From assembly GCA_016748015.1 (NCBI GenBank), contig JAAOMT010000031.1, positions 186,001-250,000 on the forward strand: a stretch of DNA of 64,000 nt, written 5' to 3'. Source of the stretch: Geosiphon pyriformis uo1 (lineage: Eukaryota > Fungi > Glomeromycota). The position numbers and the translations under genes were made by a program. This document shows positions 37,077-49,363 of this stretch, piece by piece. Position 1 is the first letter of the stretch, and each line of letters begins with the position of its first letter. Under the pieces are notes generated by a model. That model ran no database searches. It saw only the letters and a list, made by a program, of their open reading frames with translations, and was not told where the DNA came from.

Positions 37077-37904
37077 AATCATGGATAAATGGCAAGGGAT
37101 CCGTGTAAATTTCCAACATAGCACATATCAATAACATATTGAAATAAGTTAACAGGATTATAAATTATAATATTTAAATATTCAATTTTGGTATAAGAAT
37201 GAAAATTCGGGGTTTGCCTCTTGGCTAAAAAGACAATCAAATAGAGATGGACATTTTCTTGTATTAATATTATTCCTCATCAGTTACTATTAACGTTCAC
37301 CGATAATTTCGTAATTTTTTTATTAGTTTGAAACATAATATTTTAGGCTTCGTATCGATATGACAAAGATTGTGAAACTAGAGAGATGGCAAATCATCTT
37401 TTATAATTTTCAAATTTAGAATTGAATATTTCTATTTCTACACTTTTTCCTATAGTGACAAAAAATTCAATCATAAATTAAGAATGTAATTCTGATTACC
37501 AGTTTCAATGGCGTTCACAATTTTTATTTCTACAAGATTACTATCCTCGTGACTATGATTATTGTTTAAATGACCCAATCATAGATTAGGCTGTTGCCTT
37601 TTTGGGGGATCGTCAAAGCAAGATAGTGGATTGAGTAATCAAATTCAATCCAGATTGAAATTAATAGATCTTTTTCGTTTTTATGCAAAACACATAACTT
37701 TTGAAAGCAACAAGTATATACAAATAATAAACAACAGCAAGATTTTTATTTTTTATTATATTAAAATTTTTATAAATATTTAAATAAAGTTTATAGCATA
37801 TTTTATTTTAATAAAACAAATACAATAATTAATAACAATTAATAAAAAATAAGCATTTTTTTCAACATTTATAATTCATTTAAAATATCACAAAAAGAAT
37901 TCTA

Positions 37905-38178
37905 GTGGCTCGTCTAGCTTTCTCTCAGCAGGAGTGGTTCGTCTGCTTGGGATTGTTGAATCTTTTGCTGTTAGTTTTGGATTGCGCAAGGCTTGTTTGT
38001 TTTTTTCAGGTTTAGATAATGGGTTGGAGGTCAATGTGAGTGTATAGTGTAGCCTTGATTGGCTCGAGTGGCCGGTCACGTGTAGTAAGCGCATGAGCCA
38101 TATTTAGTTTGAATCACTTAGTTTGCTTCTGTATATTAAATAATGGTTGGGCTGCACTCGTTAATAAATAAATAAATA
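37905..38178 (+). mobile_element. Extremely 5'-truncated LINE insertion (copy C, 274 bp): last ~47 codons of ORF2, 3' tail, (TAAA)n
   Basis: Perfect 13-bp TSD AAAAAGAATTCTA (37892-37904 / 38179-38191). Encodes AGVVRLLGIVESFAVSFGLRKACLFFSG. Confidence 0.92.
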
Positions 38179-38451
38179 AAAAAGAATTCTACTTAAATTG
38201 TTATGTTAGTTGGTTTTTAAAACATTAAAAATCAAGTATTACAAAAAAAAACATTTTAATTAAAAAATAATAAAAATTTAATAATTATATTGCTGATTAA
38301 TACAATTTAAATTAAAAATTTTAAAAACAGTTTTTTTTATACATATTTAATTAAAAATAATAATAAGATAAACTTTTAAAATTATTAAACAATTAAAAAT
38401 TAATAAAACAGGTAAATTATGTATTTTATCAATTATTATTATTATTATTAT

Positions 38452-39150
38452 TGTTACAGATTGGAGTAACAAACTAATAGATAGCAAGGAAGAACAAGAT
38501 TGTAAGGTGATGAAATTAATCAAAAAAAATTCAACTTTAAAAAGTAAGTTAAATAAGTATGAATTTAATATGTAAGATCAGTTTCATAAAATATCTTAAT
38601 CACTATTTTTTTCAAAAAATAATTAGGGAATCTAAAGATAAAAAAATAGTTTGTACTATTAGCAAATAATAATATACTGGTATAATTCTATGCCTTATAT
38701 TAGTCTTAAAATTCAATATTAAGTATTAAATGTATTCTTCAATCATGTTTTATTCAATAATTTTTAAATGTTATAATTATACAAGTTAGAAAAAAAATAA
38801 GTAAATACCAACAAGTAATTTTTTATCTCAAAACATTTAAATACTTAAAAATGGGAAAAAAAAATAAGTGATAGAAAAAGAATTGAGATAATAGTTATTA
38901 TTTTATTTATTCTTGATTAATTGCTATATGTTTTTCTATATTTGAGAGATTTATTATTATATAGTTATTAAAAATGGTTAATAATTAGATTAATAATCAA
39001 GTCAATAATCAAGTTATTAATTAAATCATTAATCAGATCAATAATCAGATTAATGATCAGATTAATGATCAGATTATTAATTATGTCAATAATTACTATC
39101 TAAAAATAAAGTGGTTAATTATATGATATCAGTAATTAATACATGTAATA
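38452..39150. mobile_element. Possible solo LTR with internal TAATCAGAT-type tandem repeats
   Basis: TGTTACA...TGTAATA inverted termini resemble the other LTRs; repeats at ~38980-39080. TSD not clean. Confidence 0.35.
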
Positions 39151-39726
39151 ACTAATAAAAACTATGAGTTTTAGTCTTATTATTATTATTATTATTATTA
39201 TTTAATGAGTAAAATCCATATACTACCTAATACAATATATTATATAAGCAATTTAAACTAAGTGTAAATCATGCTTTTTCTATATATAACCAGCCACTCA
39301 GACTAATCAAAACAATATTATGTATCTATATAAACTAAAATAGAGTTATCAATGTCTGAAAAAAATAAACAAAACTTATACAAGCCAAAATTAATACCAA
39401 ATATCTTAGTAATACTAAGCAGTTTAAGTACATTAGCAAAAAGCATTGTGAACAGCCCAAAAATAGAAACCAAAACTAAACTATCACGAAGAATCAATCT
39501 ATTTTTTTTCATAAAAGCATAATGTTTAACATAAATCAACCAAATCTCTTTTCTAAAAGCAAGACAAAAATTACATACAAAGTTTATAATCTTTAGACCT
39601 GCTACTTTAGAATTACCAAAAACAAAAACAGTCTCCTAATGCCAACCACTAAAAACAAAGCCTTTGTAAAGAGCCATATACATTGTAGCATCTGAGATGT
39701 AAGAGAACATTAACTGAAATACACAT

Positions 39727-41133
39727 TGTTACCAGAAGATTTTTATGCTTTTCAATACAAAAATTACAACACATACAATAAAATTAACATCAAAATTATG
39801 AGAAAAAGACCTATATTATCACACTTAATCAACAAAATTAGCTGGTAATCTGAAAATAAATAATCAGCAATCAGTTCAATTACAACAAAGAAATATGGCA
39901 CAATTCAACAGTTTAACTAAGTTAAATACAAAGAAATCTTGGCAAACCAAAAAACACCAATGGAAATAGATAATTGACACATGTAATCTGATAACAACAG
40001 ACTTTGTTATACTCCAAGATTCTTATACACTTTTATTAGAACAATCTAACATTCCAGATCTGCAATCAATAATTAAAAATAGTTACCAAGAAATGTAATT
40101 AATTAATCTACTTTTGATTATGTTGATCATAATCACAATTAATATCATTGATTTACAATCAATGTTCTAAATCCAGTTATCTAAAATCTGATCATCTAAA
40201 TTACTAGTTTTTGGATAAATAACAAACTGAATAAGCTCATCATAAATTGATTAATTTAATGTATATAAATAATTAATGTATTTAAATAGTTCTAATATAG
40301 TATATAAATCTGATGTAATTTAACTATATATATAGCTTCTTTGTCAGCTCAGAAAAGTATTAGTTTAATACTGAGCCAACTTTTCATTATAGTTTTATAG
40401 TGAGCAGTTAGTTCTCTTTTCTACTCTTTACTCTTTTTTTCTTTTTTTCTATGCTCTAAATATTTGTTATTACAATCTTAAGTATGTCTTCTTATATTTC
40501 TTATTACCATTTGGAATCACATTTTTTATAATCTTTTACCTACTTGTTATCACCATTTCAAGTTGTTCTATTACTTTCAATCTTTCAAAATCATGTGTTA
40601 TTACCATTTTACATTAAGTTTTGTTTCACTAAACAAATTGCTAAATATAAAAGTAAGTAATAAAATATTATGTTGTTAGAGAGTAGTCTTAACAATAAAA
40701 AGTTTAATCAAAATCTATTTTAGTTATGTTTTACTTTTACAATTTTTTTATAATTCTTATAACTTCATTTTCAAAGTGAGTATTTAAACACCACATCTTT
40801 TTGATGACTAATTGAAAGAATTCTAGTTACATATTTATTAAAGTAGTTGATTTTACTTCTGTTGTTGATTGCATTTCTAATACATATAAAAAGATGTAAC
40901 TTTTTTTTCTCTTTTAAAATATTTAAGACTAGTTCTTGCCCAAAAACAAATAATAATAACAATATTTTCTTATATTTTTAATGACTTTATTACGTACTCT
41001 TTTTTGCTCTCCCATCTACTAAAATAGTTTATACACCCATAATATGCTATAGTCAATAGCATAATCATGATAATATGTGTTACCAATTGAGCTAAAAAAT
41101 GTTTCTAAATATTAACAAAAACCACTAATAACA
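39727..41133. mobile_element. Solo LTR, family C (1407 bp)
   Basis: TGTTACCAG...CTAATAACA termini; TSD ACAT/ATAT. Removing it restores the LINE G frame (LLYYSLCVFQLM). Confidence 0.75.
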
Positions 41134-41444
41134 ATATAAAGAGTAATAAAGAAGACAAAAAAGCATTCTCCAAGTTTTTGCATGAACATTTAACAAACAA
41201 TAGTAAACAAAAATGTCAAATGTGCAAAAAAAAACATGGTCTAAGATCTCAACATTATCACAATACAAACATGTCATACTGAAATAGTATTTATTATACA
41301 AACACTTCCAAATAACAATAGGTAGCTGGTAGTACAAAGCTTTTATAAAATAAATATAAATGTTAGCAGTAAGCCTACCAATAAAACCAGCAGCCATATG
41401 CAAATCTGAATGTCACACCAAAAACAAACTTAGCCAATTAATGT

Positions 41445-42450
41445 TGTTACAGATGATTATTTGGGGTCTCAAAGCAAATAACAAACCTGTAATTTGGTGT
41501 TTAATTGATATAATGTTGTTGGTAATATTTAAATGTGTTGTTTTATCTAAAGGTTTTGTTGTGGAGTCCTTTGTATAATAGACAGAGATTCACTATGGTT
41601 GGTTTTGGTTGATTTCTTAAGTCATTTTCCCAATTTCTGTCTTTAGCATAATGGCCAGTTTAATCTGGCAGTCATGCTTTTCTGGTAAGCTATTCATTAA
41701 TATATATAATTCTATTCTTATTTCTGGATCTTTTACCAGACTATCCTTAATATCAATTACTCAGTGTTTAATCTCTTTAATCAGTAGTAAGTCAACAAAC
41801 AAAAGAAAATAAAATAAAAAAAAATAAAATAAAAAGAAAATAAAAAATTAGAAATAAGCCAAGACAATTCAAATTAGTATCTCATCAATAGCCGTGATCA
41901 AGAGCTATTGTTTTAGTGTGGTTAAGTGTTGGATTTTATCAACATAAAGTGTTAATAAATGGAAGAATGATTATATTTTTAAACAAATGACAATAACATG
42001 GATTTGAAGAATTGGAGAGATTTTTTATTTATATAATTTCATTTCAGTTGATAGCAACTATCCTTGAAATGAGGGTTAATAAATAAAGAAGAAAAAAGAT
42101 TGTTCTAAATTAATAAAACTCTATTGAATTCTCCAGAAATTCTTGAATTCTTCTGGAATTACTTTTTTTGTTTTTAACACTCTTGCTATATATATATAAT
42201 TTATGTTATACAAGATTCTGCACATTCATAAGCAATGTGTCATGATTTCTCAAGCAATGCTTATATTGCTGAGCAATGTGCCTGTAATTTCTGATAATGT
42301 GCTTATTGCTGAACAATGTGCTGTAATTTTCTGACAATGCTTCATATTACTAAGCAATGTGCTTATGTGTTAAATACTATTCTTTTATTGGTCTATTTTT
42401 CTTATCTGTTTTTCCTACTATTTTCTTGTATTCTTTTTTTATAAGTAACA
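41445..42450 (-). mobile_element. Solo LTR, family B, with GCAATG-core tandem repeats at ~42230-42365
   Basis: TGTTACAG...AAGTAACA; TSD ATGT/ATAT. Removing it restores DCLFLDINWLSL. Homologous to 10233-11128. Confidence 0.85.
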
Positions 42451-43499
42451 ATATCCAAAAACAAACAATCAACCAAAACTCTAGAACCAGAACTGATCTC
42501 ATAGTGTGCACAATAAACAGACCAAAAAATCTCATGAATAAAATGTCTAGAATTATTAGAAATAATATCATTACCAGCCTTAATACAACAATTCTTTAAA
42601 TGGAGAAGAAAGCACCATTTAAAGAAAGATGCTATGTCAACAAGTACATTAGTGCATTCATTACCCAAAATACTTGAATGACTTTTTATTTTGTGTTAGC
42701 TAACATTCAAATTCTTGTTACAAATAACATTCATAATGTACTGTTATTTAACTCAGCATTAATTTCAAAAATTCAGACACACCAAACCCAACTCAAACTT
42801 GCATAAATCCAAAGCTGCTTGACTGTTTACAAATAATCGAACAAAATTGTAAAGAAGGACATATTTAAGAGCCAAAGCAATAGTCTACAACTCTGCTAAT
42901 ATAAAAGACATTAAATCTGAGACTTTAACACCCAAACCTAAATTAATGTCCTCAAAATAAACCATAGCATCTGCTCTTATATGAGTTGTTTTCAAGTCTT
43001 TTAGAAATCTATTCATATAAACAAACAGGCTACTAATATTAACATTTAATAAATAACCACAAACCAACTCTAATTTACTAGATTTGAAAATATTAAAAAG
43101 TCCAAAATCACCAAAAAAAGGAAAGTAAATAGAAAAAAAAGCCATGTCACTAAGGAAATTTACAGAAAGCTTAAATCATTCAGGAATAAAGTCATGAGAA
43201 TCTAATCTTTTCTATCACTTAAAGATCTTCCAATCAAAAATAGCACTATTTTTACTGCAAAGCTAGTTCACAAAAACAATATTATACTGTTAAAATAAAG
43301 GAAAAAACTTAAAAAATTTAGACTTGTCAAAAATAGTTAACATGAGAATTCTATTATAAAGATAAAAAAAATTGTTCATTGGACCACTCAGAAGCAAATT
43401 ACACTCAAAAAAGATACAAACCACACTTACCAAAAAATTATTCAAAAAATTGATCTTAATACAAGCTTATTATTATTATTATTATTAAAAAACTTACAA

Positions 43500-46400
43500 A
43501 AAAAGCTTTTTTATATTAGTTTTTTAATTATAAAACAAGTAAAAAATAGATAAAATATTTTTTAATATATTTTTGTTTGTAAAACTAAAAAAAAACTTGT
43601 TTTGGTATAAAAAAAATACTTTTAAATATATTTTAGATAATATAAACAAAAAAAATCAGAAAACTTGATATTAAAATATTAATAAATTTTTTTATTAGTT
43701 TTTTGAATATAAAAATAATTAAAATTAGTAAAAATTCTAAATTTGTGTTTTAAAATAATAAAATTAACAGTTTTAATGATAATATTAATGAAAAATTAAA
43801 TATTAAAAACATAAAAAAGTATTATATTAAAAAAACTGGTTTTATTGTTAATAAAAATATAAATATTTTTGAAAATATATATAACTTTTTAAAGTATTTA
43901 TACTTAGTTTTTTTGTTAAAAAAATCTGTTGAATAAGTTAATTTCAATATTTTAAGTAATAATAATAATAATAATTTTTTATATTTAAAAAATTAATTTT
44001 TTTATTCTAATTTTACAAAAAAAATTGTATTTAATTTTGTAAAGTTTTTTATATTAAATATTAATCTGTTAACAATAGAAAAAAAGTTATAAATTATTAA
44101 AAAAGTTTTTTTATTAAGTAAATATATTTAAAATAACTTATTTTTTCAAAATTCTAAAAAATTATGTAATTTATTTTATATTTAAATTAAGTTTAATTAA
44201 AACAAAAAATTGGTTATAAAAATAAATAAGATAATAAATATTAATTTAAAACATAAATATACTTATAAATTAAAAAGTAATTATTAAAAAAAATTTAAAT
44301 TTTATGACTACAATCAAAACAAAGAGTAGAAAAGCTGTACTTAATATTTTTTTAAAATATTTAATAAAATTTCAACCAAAAAAGCTCTCTTTGTTGTAAA
44401 AACAGCTAAGCAAAATGTTTTAAAAGTCTTTTTTTTATTTAGTAATTATAAAAAGCTGCTTTTGATAGTTGTTAAAACATTTTTTTCATTTTTGACTGGT
44501 TTTTTACCAATCAAAGTTTCTTCAAAGAAACATATTTAGATTAATCTTAGTGTTGTCTTTACTTCAACTAAAAGCCCAAAAGTTTTTAATAATAGACTAA
44601 TTAACAAGCTGGTTTTTTTTTTATAACTTCTATACTTGGGACTGCTAGTATTATTTCTTTAAAAAATATGATTAAAAAAACCAAAGATTTAAAAAAATAA
44701 AAATAGTCATTTGCTTTTGCTATTATTATACCAAATTCTTTTGTGGTTTCTAATAAAATTTTAGATGAAATCTTTGTTGTATTATTTAGCATATTATTCA
44801 AGATAGACCAAGATTAATTACTGGTTGTATTGTTAAATGTGATGTCTTTTAGCAAATTATTACTAATTTTAGAAGCAAAGCAACTATTTCCTATAGTATT
44901 ACTTGTTTTTGAGAATTGAACTGACCAAATAGAAACTGAATTATTTTTTCTGCTAGTTTTTGGTACTGTTATTGGTGGTGCTTGAAAAATTATTTTTAAT
45001 CATCAAAAATTTGCTAAGTGAATAATTTTTACTTTAGTGTTTAATACTATTTTTAAAATTAAATTGGCTTATATTAAGACTGTTTTCCAGTTTGTATATG
45101 GTTTTTTGAATGCAAAATCAGTATTAAAAAACAATATAAAGTTTTTTTGTATGAAGTTTGCTTCTTAAAAATCTTTAGAAACTGTTTTTTTGGTTGAGTT
45201 TACAAGCTTTATTTGTTTAATCACTTTTAAAATTACCAAGTTTTTAGTAATTTTTGAGTCTGGTTCTTTTTTATTATTGTTATACTGTATAATGTGTCTT
45301 TGAATATATTTGCTATTAACATTAAAACAACTCTTGGTGTGTTTAGTAAAATTATTTGTATTGTAATGAAATCTGTTAACATTTAATGTTTATTTTAAAA
45401 AACTGGACTTTGTTGTATTTACTTTAAATTATTGGTTAGTTTTAATAAGTAAAAATAATATTAGAATTTTCTTCTTAGTAAATCAAAATAAGCCTATTTT
45501 GTCTCATAATAGGTTTAAAACCAAGTTAGTTAACTTTTTTTTTGGTTGTATTGTCTTTGAAATTAGTAATATGATTTCTTAAGTTAATGATCAAATGTGT
45601 TTTATTTTTTACTTTTCTGATTTTGGCTATTATTCTCAATTTGCTTTGGTTATATTTAAATCTCAATTGGATTTAGATACTGCTGTAAACAAAACTGGTA
45701 TGCTAAAAAAATGCTGTATCTAATAAAAAATCTCTGGCTGTTAGTGCTGTTTTAAGTATTAGGAAATAGACTATCTGATTGTAGAATATAAGATGTTTTC
45801 ACTTTTTTCTTCCAAAGCTTCTAAGATATTTATATTATGTTTTGTAGGTTTTAAGTTTTATGTCAAAGCTTCTGCTTTTTTAAGCTCTTCTAAGTTTTCA
45901 CTTTTGATAATTTTTGTTCTCTTTTCTGTTATTATTAGTAACTTTTTAGTATTGTCTTAGTTGTTTTCTTTAGAATTTAATTTGATTAAACTTTTTGTAT
46001 TAGTTGAATCAATTGTTAAGTCTGTTAGCTCTCTAATTACTACTTTTAAACAGTTTATCAAAAATAATGTAGTTTCAAGCAGTGTTTTTAGTCTTAAGAT
46101 TAATAAATTTATAATTTATTTGGATTTTTTTAGCAAAATTGTTGGTAGATTAAAAAAAAAGTAGTTTTACTAAAAAAAAAGTGTTATATAAATGATATTA
46201 ACATGTCTGGTAATTTGAATTCTCTAGTTGACATCAATAATAATATATTTTTTAGTTTAATATCTCTTTGGACACATAAATTTAATAGTATTAAAACTGA
46301 TTTCTTAAAAACAGCTAAGTGGCTAATTGAATTAATTTTTTATAATATTTAATTATTTAATGTAGTTCAAAAGATATCAGCTTTGGATAAGTTTACTTTT

Positions 46401-47270
46401 ATTGTAACAATATAGCATAGTTTGAACTAACTTAAATAGCTGGTTATATGTAGAAAATACATAAATTATACTTAGTTTAGAATACTTAGTTTGTTCCAAA
46501 GTTTTAAGTAGTAATTAGACCATATTTATTAAATTTTAATAAAAAAAAAAACTATAATAAAATTTATTAATTTTAAGATTATTAAATTAATTGTTTTTAA
46601 ATAGTTTGTTTTAATTAAAAAAAAATTAATATGTATAAAATATATAATTATTTGTTTTAAGATTAAAAAGTTTTAAAAACCTATTTTTTATATGATTTTT
46701 GTTTTTAAAAATATAAAATTATGTTAAATTAAACATATTATTATAAAGTATATTATTGTTAAAAATTTTTTAACCAAATTAAAAAAAGTATTATCAAGCT
46801 TATTATATAATAACTAATTTATATATATATTAAAAACAGATTTTTATTGTTTGTTTTGTCTTTTTAAAAAAAACTTTAGATTTAAATTACAAAAAAAATT
46901 TATTAGTGTTTTTTTAATATTAATTTATTTAAAAACATCAAATTTTTTTTGTTTGTTTCTAAAAATATAAAATTACAGTTTATTAATTTAAAATACAATT
47001 TTATTAATTTTAAAAAAAAAGTAAATAAATTTATAAAAAAATTAAATATATTAATATTAATAATTTTTTAATTTTGTTTTAAATATAAATTATTAATAAT
47101 TTTTTTTAAACAAAATTAAATAAGTAATATAATAATAATAAATTAAATATATTAATTAATAACAAAACCAATAATAAAAAGTTATTTAATTTAAAAAAAA
47201 TAATCAAAATTTAATAACTAAATTTTAAGACAGTTAATTTTCAATGTTGTTACTTTACAAAAAAAATAAA
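43500..47270 (+). mobile_element. Extremely AT-eroded LINE ORF1 relic hosting element H
   Basis: 44040-44295 reads as eroded KSF.LDI.L...SKF..I.R..FTSE.SL.KA..L...VIIK.I. 46550-46640 continues as eroded AVVEF...SKWSVLIGK. Confidence 0.55.
44304..46550 (+). mobile_element. ORF1-only non-autonomous element, second copy (H); more eroded
   Basis: ATGACTACAATCAAAACAAAGAGT corresponds to the start of F. Colinear with F to the stop at 46413-46415, followed directly by the shared 3' tail and poly(A). Confidence 0.85.
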
Positions 47271-47404
47271 ATTAATTTTTTTCTCTTGTCAATTCTTTGA
47301 CCATGATGAAAGAGAATTTTATTGAAGTTTTATTTAGCACTTTTCTCTTTTACTCTTTGTTTTTTTTTCTAATTATTCTTTCTAATTTTTTTCTTTTTAT
47401 TGTG

Positions 47405-49363
47405 ATGAAACCAGTAGGCTTCTCTGCTGGTGGTTTTAGTTCCGTTTCAGCTGGATTGGGGATCTGGTCTAACAATAAAAAGAAAGCATGTATTAAAAGC
47501 ATATACTCTTGTGGTCCTTTATACAAGAAATCTAAAGTTTCTGGAGCTATTAGTGATATGGTCGATTTGTTGGCTGGTCCTATTCCTGGCAGCATTTTAC
47601 AGACTGGTGATTTGGAATGAAAGGTGTTTTGGAGCAGTGAAATGGAGAGCAAAAATGCTAGTGTTAATGGGATGTCTGATTTGGAAAACATAGATAATAT
47701 GGTGGCAGAAGAAACGAGTTATGTAGATTCCAATGATTCTGAAGCTAACAAAATGGTGAATAATATGACACCAAGAAAAACGCAAATGAGGACGTATGTT
47801 TTAAGACAACCACCAAAAAAACTTTCTTTCAATATTATGAGTGATGTCGATAATGTTTTGAAACTCCCATCTTTCAAATTTCAAGGTTCCAATCAGCTGC
47901 CGAGTGCCAAGTTACATGTTCTGGAAAAAAGGAGCTTTGAGCCAGTTAAATCATTCGCATTAGATATTAAGCTGTTGGCTGTTTCAGGGAAAAATGTTAA
48001 TGAAAAATTAATTTCAATTAAAAAAATTTTTTATCAAGTAGATGGTTTTAGGAGAGCTTCTACTCCCTTAAAATTCCCAGGGATCATTAGATCCTCCTTT
48101 ACTTCTGAGTTGAGTCTTAACAAGGCTAAGAGATTGGTAATTTGTGAGAAGATTTTAGTAAATAATGATGTTAGAAAGTTGGGCATTCATTCAAATCAGG
48201 AAATAATTGTTAAGTAAATTCCAGTAGATCTTTCCAGATTAGCAGTTGTGTTAGTTTTCTCCAAGTTTGGTAAGGTTGTGTCAATCAAAATGCAATTAAT
48301 TGGTTTGTGGCAGAAGACTTTGGTTGAGTTTGAATTGTTGAAGGTGGCTAGTTCAGTTGCATCTAAATAGTCTGTTCTCATGGGAAAAGATTCTGTGCAG
48401 GTGGCATTGGCTGTTAAAAATAAACAATCTTGGGTGTTTAGAAATCAGCATAGGGCCTTGCTTTATACTCTGCCAGTTGGCACTACTGCTCATGATTTGT
48501 CTGGTTTAATTGATTCATATAGTGGTAAAATCTGTTTTATTGGTTGCAATCCTAGTTCTTATGTCCATAACAGATGTGCTGTAGTTTGTTTTGCTAATAA
48601 GGTATCAAAATTGGCTGCAATTGATTCTAATCCAGTTTTTAAGGGTGTAAATTTGCGATGGGCTGGTCTTTTTCTGGCTTGTTGTGCCAAATGTAAACAA
48701 TTTGGTCACATTTCTGATGCTTGTTTGTCTGGTGAGATTTCTGGAGTTTGTGGGAAGCAAGTGATGACTAATCAGGATCGGGTTCATTTGGCTGGTATTT
48801 ATAAGAAAAAATAAGTTCCTATTGCCTGTCCGGTTTCTTTTAGTGGTAGAATTTGGGCTCAAGTAGCTGGTGGTGTTTCTTCTTAAGTGATTTTTTCAAT
48901 TTCTTTTGGTGCCAGTCAGTCCCTTGTTGCTGAGATCTCTCTATTTGCTTTTGTCTCATCTGGTGATCATAATGTATATGATCATTTGGCTTTTTTGGAA
49001 CACTCTTTGAAACTTTTGGCTGACCAAGTTTCTGGTATTTTGGAGAAATTGGGTTCTATGAAATTGGTGTCTTTGGTGATTACATCTGATGCTTCTCTCA
49101 CAGCAATTCCAGTGTTTGTGGTTTTAGATTTGGATTTGAATATGGTTTTGGATAGTGTTTCAGCAATTTTCAATCCATCTTCTCCTGTCATTAATGATAC
49201 AGCTCCCATTATAAGTCCAAGTAGTTTTAAAGTTTTGACTACTAAAGTCAGTGGTTTAGAATCTAAGATGGTGGATTTGGAAGTTTTGGTTGAATCTGTT
49301 TTGGAAAAATTGGACTATTTGTGCTCAGGTTTGGGTTCATCAGCTGCCTCTATTTCTCAATAA
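47405..49363 (+). pseudogene. LINE D ORF1 (nonsense-disrupted)
   Basis: MKPVGFSAGG...; CAKCKQFGHISDAC; ends SISQ*. Confidence 0.88.

Larger units (their letters stand above)
39198..43465 (-). mobile_element. 5'-truncated LINE (copy G) inserted in a (TAA)n tract; carries two nested solo LTRs
   Basis: Minus-strand RNase H and Cys-motif fragments (42885-43145, 42402-42668, 41125-41403, 39318-39539). 3' tail at 39202-39317. Flanked on both sides by CTTATTATTATT... (39176 / 43466). Confidence 0.85.
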
